This document shows, piece after piece, positions 58,857 through 64,000 of a stretch of 64,000 nt of DNA; position 1 is the first letter of the stretch; every line of letters begins with the position of its first letter. The stretch covers positions 1 through 64,000 of IMG/VR virus record IMGVR_UViG_3300023179_000057. The stretch is one strand, 5' to 3'. The notes below the pieces were generated by a model that was given only the letters and a program-made list of their open reading frames with translations, ran no database searches and was not told the DNA's origin. Made by a program: the position numbers and the translations under genes. This DNA comes from a virus.

Positions 58857-60316
58857 AACAAGTAAAAAGTTTAACTGTTGTTGGTGGTGGAACATCTGGA
58901 TTAATTGCTGCATTAATTTTAAAATCAAGAAGTGATATAGATGTAAAATTAATTTATTCATCAAAAATTGAAATTTTAGGAGTTGGAGAAGGAACAACAG
59001 AACATTTTGGACAATTTATGTCTTTTGTTGGAATTAAACATAGTGAAATAATTAAAGAATGTGGTGCTACCTTTAAATTGGCGGTAGTTTTTGAAGATTG
59101 GGTTCCAAATAAAAAAACATATATTCATAGTGTAAATCATGGATTTTCTCATGAACTTGGACAATATTGTTCTGTTTATGCAAAACAAATATCTGAAAAT
59201 TCAGACTACATATATAGAAAAAATATAGAAAAAAATTTAGTACAAATAAATTCAACTAATATAGATAACTATTCACCAGTAAATCAATATCATTTTGATA
59301 ATTTTAAATTAAATAAATTTTTAAGAAAAAAAGCAATTGATAAAAATATAACAATTATTGATGATGACATTATTGATGTTGAATTAAATAATGAAGGATA
59401 TATAGATAATTTAATTGGATTAAAATCAAGATATAGTTCTGATTTCTATTTAGATGCAACTGGATTTAAAAGAATATTAATGAATAAATTAAATGCTAAA
59501 TGGATTTCATATAATAAATTTTTAAAAGTAAATTCTGCTATTGTATTTCCAACTGGGGATGAAGAAAATTATAATTATTTTTCATTATCAAAAGCAATGA
59601 ATTCAGGCTGGAGATTTAAAATACCAACTTGGGGTAGACATGGAAATGGGTATATTTTTGATAATAATTTTATTACGGCTGATGAAGCAAAAATAGAAAT
59701 AGAAAAAGATTTGGGTTACGAGGTTGAAATTGCAAAAACATTCAAATTTGATGCTGGAGCATTAGAAAATGTATGGATAAAAAATTGTGTTGGAATAGGG
59801 GTTTGTGGAAATTTCTTTGAACCACTTGAAGCAACATCTATTGGACTAACCATTCAACAAAGTTTTTTATTAATGCATAGAATGCAAAATTATGATGAAA
59901 TAGTTATAAAAGAATATAATAAATCATTTACCAACATGGTTGAAAATATTAGAGATTTTATTTGTTTACATTATATAACTAAAAAAAATAATACTGAATT
60001 TTGGAAAAATAATTTAAAAACGGATATTCCAGATTCTTTAAAATATAATTTAGAAAAATGGAAAAATAAACTTCCAATAAGAGAAGATTTTGTTGGAAAT
60101 TCAAACTACACAATGTTTGGACCAAATAATTTTATAACAGTTATGGCAGGACTTGATTTATTTAACAAATCTGCAATTTTAGATGAATATAATTTTTTAT
60201 CTAAGAATTTAAAAAACATAACTGAGTATATTTTATTTAAAATTACAGAAAGTGAAAACAGTGAAAATTATTTAACTCATAAACAAATTTTAAAAATAAT
60301 AAGAAATGAAGAATAA
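58853..60316 (+). CDS. Flavin-dependent (tryptophan halogenase family) enzyme
   Basis: VGGGTSG, GVGEGT, ATFK, DATGF, GWRFKIP, FEPLEATSI. Confidence 0.85.
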   Translation: MKQVKSLTVVGGGTSGLIAALILKSRSDIDVKLIYSSKIEILGVGEGTTEHFGQFMSFVGIKHSEIIKECGATFKLAVVFEDWVPNKKTYIHSVNHGFSHELGQYCSVYAKQISENSDYIYRKNIEKNLVQINSTNIDNYSPVNQYHFDNFKLNKFLRKKAIDKNITIIDDDIIDVELNNEGYIDNLIGLKSRYSSDFYLDATGFKRILMNKLNAKWISYNKFLKVNSAIVFPTGDEENYNYFSLSKAMNSGWRFKIPTWGRHGNGYIFDNNFITADEAKIEIEKDLGYEVEIAKTFKFDAGALENVWIKNCVGIGVCGNFFEPLEATSIGLTIQQSFLLMHRMQNYDEIVIKEYNKSFTNMVENIRDFICLHYITKKNNTEFWKNNLKTDIPDSLKYNLEKWKNKLPIREDFVGNSNYTMFGPNNFITVMAGLDLFNKSAILDEYNFLSKNLKNITEYILFKITESENSENYLTHKQILKIIRNEE

Positions 60317-60951
60317 TGCCAGAATTAAACGCCAACATACCACCAATTGAGTGTTACGTTCGTGGTAACTATTTAAGAAATCAAAAAGATAGCCACGACA
60401 AATATTTTCCATGCGTTATTTTTGGAGTTGCAAGTATAAAAAGCAGAAGTCCTTTATTCCATTTAATGATGGAAGATGGCGGTTTATGGTGGAGAATGCC
60501 AATTAATGCATTTTGTGCAAAACCTGAAGTTCCAGAAGAAGATTTGCATAATTTAGTTTTATGGAATTCCTTTAGTCATCACGTATCTGTAACAAAATTT
60601 GAAAATTTAACAAATCTTAAAATGTCATACATTGATAGAACAAAAACTATGCATAAAGGAACATATTTATTTACCCTTGATTGGCATAATCCAGACTCTA
60701 ATGTTTTAGATGATGGTTATTCAGAAAATCCAGCGGAACATAAATGTGGACATGTTATACAAAGAGATGATGGAAATTTTGCCATACAGCCAAATAATAG
60801 AGTTCGTATATATGAGCCATCATTTACTTTAAAGAAAGATTTTGTTATTGATAGAATAATTAATGAAAGAAAATGGGATGTAGAAAATCAAGATAAATGG
60901 ACTTTAGAAGATTCTGATAGATTTAATTATGATATTAATGAGAAAAGTTGA
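60316..60951 (+). CDS. Hypothetical protein
   Basis: PELNANIPP, YLFTLDW, EHKCGH, QPNNR. Confidence 0.75.
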   Translation: MPELNANIPPIECYVRGNYLRNQKDSHDKYFPCVIFGVASIKSRSPLFHLMMEDGGLWWRMPINAFCAKPEVPEEDLHNLVLWNSFSHHVSVTKFENLTNLKMSYIDRTKTMHKGTYLFTLDWHNPDSNVLDDGYSENPAEHKCGHVIQRDDGNFAIQPNNRVRIYEPSFTLKKDFVIDRIINERKWDVENQDKWTLEDSDRFNYDINEKS

Positions 60952-60962
60952 CAAATAATTTT

Positions 60963-61118
60963 ATGACTGCTAAACTATATACAAGCGAGGCTTGGCTCCG
61001 TAAAAGGTTTGTTATGGACAAAAAGTCTCCACAGGATATTGCCAAGGAGTGTGGAACTAGTGTTGAAACTGTTTATGTATACCTTGCAAAATTTGGACTA
61101 AGGAAATCAAAACGATGA
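60963..61118 (+). CDS. 51-aa HTH protein (not in ORF track)
   Basis: KSPQDIAKECGTSVETVYVYLAKFGL; ATGA overlap with next gene. Confidence 0.7.
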   Translation: MTAKLYTSEAWLRKRFVMDKKSPQDIAKECGTSVETVYVYLAKFGLRKSKR

Positions 61119-61450
61119 AGTTACAGCCAGTTTTTGAAGATGCAAAAGATTTTTCTTGTGGAGATCTGTATTTTCATTCTATTTCTGCACCTTCTGGAAA
61201 AAAAATTTGGTCAACATGTCATGAAATTGCACAAATGCTTATTAATAAAAATATTGCATATGGAGATTCTGCTTTAGAACCTGTTAGAATTTTTAGTAAA
61301 TCAGATGCAGTTGAACAACTTAGAGTTAGAATTGATGATAAATTAAGTAGACTTATGAAAGGTACAGACTATATTGGAGATAATGATATAGATGATCTTA
61401 TTGGATATTTAGTATTGCTTAAAATAGCAAAGGAAAAAAATGTCAACTGA
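61115..61450 (+). CDS. Nucleotide-modification-associated domain (Nmad1/DUF1599-like) protein
   Basis: KN.AYGDS, RI.DKL.R, DLIGY. Confidence 0.7.
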   Translation: MKLQPVFEDAKDFSCGDLYFHSISAPSGKKIWSTCHEIAQMLINKNIAYGDSALEPVRIFSKSDAVEQLRVRIDDKLSRLMKGTDYIGDNDIDDLIGYLVLLKIAKEKNVN

Positions 61451-61976
61451 AACAGAATTAATTGAACATCTTGATGAAGTTAATAAAGTTGTTGCAGAAT
61501 ATTTAAAAGGTCAAGATCCAACAAAAATATCTAAAGAATTAAACATACCACGAACTCGTGTTGTTGCATTAATTAATGAGTGGAAGGTTATGGCATCTGC
61601 TAATGATGCTATTCGTGCTCGTGCTAAAGAGGCTCTTGCTGCTGCAGATACACACTACAGTAAACTTATTTCAAAATCTTATGAAGTTATTGATGAAGCA
61701 TCAATGACTAATAATCTTAGCGCAAAAACTCAAGCAATCAAACTAGTTATGGATATTGAAAAATCTAGAATTGAAATGCTACAAAAGGCAGGCTTATTAG
61801 AAAATAAAGAACTTGCAGAAGAAATGGTAGAAATAGAAAAACGTCAAGATGTTTTAGTTGAAATTCTTAGAGAAATTGCTTCAAGTCATCCAGAAGTTCG
61901 TGACTTAATCATGCAAAGACTTTCTCAGATTGCTAAAGAAGGGGAGGTAATTACAATTGTCCACGATGTTCAATGA
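61440..61976 (+). CDS. Terminase small subunit (putative)
   Basis: N-terminal HTH then helices; overlaps large subunit start. Confidence 0.65.
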   Translation: MSTETELIEHLDEVNKVVAEYLKGQDPTKISKELNIPRTRVVALINEWKVMASANDAIRARAKEALAAADTHYSKLISKSYEVIDEASMTNNLSAKTQAIKLVMDIEKSRIEMLQKAGLLENKELAEEMVEIEKRQDVLVEILREIASSHPEVRDLIMQRLSQIAKEGEVITIVHDVQ

Positions 61977-63741
61977 TTTTCTTGAAGTATTAAAAGAAAA
62001 CCATTTTGAAACATTACCAGTAGACGTAAAGACGTTTGTTGAGTCTGCTGATTATTTAGGTCAACCGCCCCTGTCTCCAATTCAATATGACATTGTTGAG
62101 GCTATGAGTCAAATATACAAAAAAGAAGATTTACAAGAACTTTACGGTAGTGCTGAAGGTTCAAGGTATTATGATAAATATACTAAAAATGAAATTATTT
62201 TGCAATTAGGCAAGGGATCTGGAAAAGACTTTACATCTACCGTAGCATGTGCATATATTGTATACAAACTTTTATGTCTTAAAGATCCAGCAAGATATTT
62301 TGGAAAACCATCTGGAGATGCAATAGATTTAATTAACGTTGCTATTAACGCACAACAGGCTAAAAATGTTTTTTTTAAAGGTTTTAAAACAAAGATAGAA
62401 AAATCACCATGGTTTGCGGGTAAGTATAATGCAAAAGTAGACTCAATTGAATTTGATAAATCTATTACAGTTTACTCTGGACATTCAGAAAGAGAGTCAC
62501 ATGAAGGTTTAAATATTATGCTTGCAGTCCTTGATGAAATTTCTGGTTTTGCAACTGAAGTAGGAACTGGTAATGAACAAGGTAAAACAGCAGACAATAT
62601 TTATAAAGCATTTCGTGGCACAGTAGATTCTCGTTTTCCAGATTTAGGTAAAGTTGTTTTACTTTCTTTTCCTCGTTTTCAAGGAGATTTTATTTCAAAA
62701 CGTTACGAAGAAGTAATTGCAGAAAAAGAAATAGTTGAAAAAAAACATACATTTATAATTAATGAAGAATTGCCACACGATAACCCTGGCAATCAATTTG
62801 AAATAACATGGGAAGAAGATAATATTATTTCTTATAAAATTCCTAGAGTGCTTGCATTAAAAAGACCTACATGGGAAGTTAATCCTACTCGTAAAATAGA
62901 TGATTTTAAAATAGCATTTTTAACTGACCTTGGAGATGCAATGATGCGTTTTGTTTGTGTGCCGACATTTGCCTCAGATGCATTTTTTAAACAAAAAGAT
63001 AAATTAGAAAAATGTATGAATACAAGAAATCCATTAGATTCATTTAGAAGATTTGATGAAACATTTAAACCAAATCCAGATAAAGTTTATTATATTCACG
63101 CTGACCTTGCACAAAAACACGATAAATGTGCCGTAGCAATTGCACATGTTGATAAATGGGTTAACATTCAAGTTATTAAAGATTATGAACAAGTAGCACC
63201 AATTGTAGTTGTTGACGCTGTTGCTTGGTGGGAACCAAAAGCAGAAGGACCAGTAAATTTATCTGAAGTAAAACAATGGATTATTAATTTACGTAGAGAA
63301 GGTTTTAATATTGGCATGGTTTCTTTTGACCGATGGCAATCATTTGATATTCAAAACGAATTACAGGCTGTTGGAATTAAAACAGAAACAGTTTCTGTTG
63401 CTAAAAAACATTATGAAGACTTGGCAATGATGATTTATGAAGAACGTGTTGCCATTCCTATGATCCCATTATTATTAGAAGAAATGTCAGAATTAAAAAT
63501 TATGAAAGGAAATAGAGTTGATCATCCACGTAAAAAATCTAAAGACCTTGCAGATGCAGTTTGCGGAGCGGTATTTGGAGCAATATCTCATACTCAAAGA
63601 AATATGAATCTTGAGATTGATATTCATACGTGGTCTACTTCTACACGACTTGCAGAAAAACAAAGGTCTATGGTAGAATTGGATAACAGGAAAATGCCTG
63701 AAGACGTTAGGGATTTTCTTGATCAATTAAATATAATATAG
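61957..63741 (+). CDS. terL: Terminase large subunit
   Basis: GKGSGKD Walker A, VLDEI Walker B, H.DLA nuclease, VDHP...KD.ADA. Confidence 0.92.
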   Translation: MSTMFNDFLEVLKENHFETLPVDVKTFVESADYLGQPPLSPIQYDIVEAMSQIYKKEDLQELYGSAEGSRYYDKYTKNEIILQLGKGSGKDFTSTVACAYIVYKLLCLKDPARYFGKPSGDAIDLINVAINAQQAKNVFFKGFKTKIEKSPWFAGKYNAKVDSIEFDKSITVYSGHSERESHEGLNIMLAVLDEISGFATEVGTGNEQGKTADNIYKAFRGTVDSRFPDLGKVVLLSFPRFQGDFISKRYEEVIAEKEIVEKKHTFIINEELPHDNPGNQFEITWEEDNIISYKIPRVLALKRPTWEVNPTRKIDDFKIAFLTDLGDAMMRFVCVPTFASDAFFKQKDKLEKCMNTRNPLDSFRRFDETFKPNPDKVYYIHADLAQKHDKCAVAIAHVDKWVNIQVIKDYEQVAPIVVVDAVAWWEPKAEGPVNLSEVKQWIINLRREGFNIGMVSFDRWQSFDIQNELQAVGIKTETVSVAKKHYEDLAMMIYEERVAIPMIPLLLEEMSELKIMKGNRVDHPRKKSKDLADAVCGAVFGAISHTQRNMNLEIDIHTWSTSTRLAEKQRSMVELDNRKMPEDVRDFLDQLNII

Positions 63742-63760
63742 AACAACAACAAGGAGAAAA

Positions 63761-64000
63761 ATGAATTCATTTAAGAGAATCGCACTTGTTACGGCTGCAG
63801 CAGTAGCAAGCACATTCTTTGTTGCAGTTCCACAGGCTCAAGCAGCAGTAACTAACGGATATGTACTATCCGATTCGTTGGCTGCAGGTGCTCGTGGAGT
63901 AACAGTATTAGCAGACACAACCAAGGCAGAGGCTGGAGTTAATGCAGTAGTTGTATTAACTACAAGCGATACCTTGGCTTCTACAGCAGATGACAACGTT
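63761..64000 (+). CDS. Secreted/surface protein, truncated by window end
   Basis: AAGGAG RBS; signal peptide MNSFKRIALVTAAAVASTFFVAVPQAQA. Confidence 0.75.
   Translation, partial: MNSFKRIALVTAAAVASTFFVAVPQAQAAVTNGYVLSDSLAAGARGVTVLADTTKAEAGVNAVVVLTTSDTLASTADDNV

Larger units (their letters stand above)
1..64000. mobile_element. Tailed dsDNA bacteriophage genome segment (siphovirus-like, probable actinobacterial host)
   Basis: Portal, protease, capsid, tail tube, 2011-aa tape measure, terminase and replication genes; no host housekeeping clusters, integrase or sheath seen. Confidence 0.95.

Noticed and set aside
16717-63741. Inteins or introns in nrdJ, dnaB, dnaE, recA, terL
   Set aside because: Lengths are normal, frames continuous, no splicing motifs noticed
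1-64000. Stop-codon reassignment
   Set aside because: Long genes are intact under the standard code, and TAA, TAG and TGA all terminate genes

Overview
The whole window is a segment of a tailed dsDNA phage genome: AT-rich (roughly one-third GC by eye), with a siphovirus-type long non-contractile tail. The host is probably a low-GC freshwater actinobacterium. That is an inference from leaderless genes behind extended -10 promoters, DnaE/RecA/class II RNR content, and actinobacterial-style secreted proteins. Layout: 1-3.7 kb small accessory genes (SpeD-like decarboxylase, Cys-rich microproteins, two paralogous unknown enzymes); 3.9-16.5 kb holin-like gene, an AT-rich repeat region with a candidate small RNA, and many fibre/adaptor genes; 16.7-19.9 kb a vitamin B12 cassette (class II RNR, transcobalamin-like surface protein, small membrane protein, PduO adenosyltransferase); 19.9-47.1 kb head and tail module; 47.2-58.9 kb replication/recombination genes (DnaB, primase, SSB, DnaE, RecA, Cas4-like, RuvC-like) with an inserted AhpD-like gene; 58.9-64 kb flavin halogenase, Nmad1-like gene, terminase subunits and a truncated secreted protein. 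Top leads: (1) the B12 capture-activate-use operon; (2) a ~50-nt hairpin RNA whose loop is exactly complementary to the speD ribosome-binding site; (3) tail chaperones G and GT apparently encoded by duplicated genes rather than a frameshift; (4) apparent absence of AGCT, TCGA and CCGG. All family calls come from motif recognition by eye; no searches were run.
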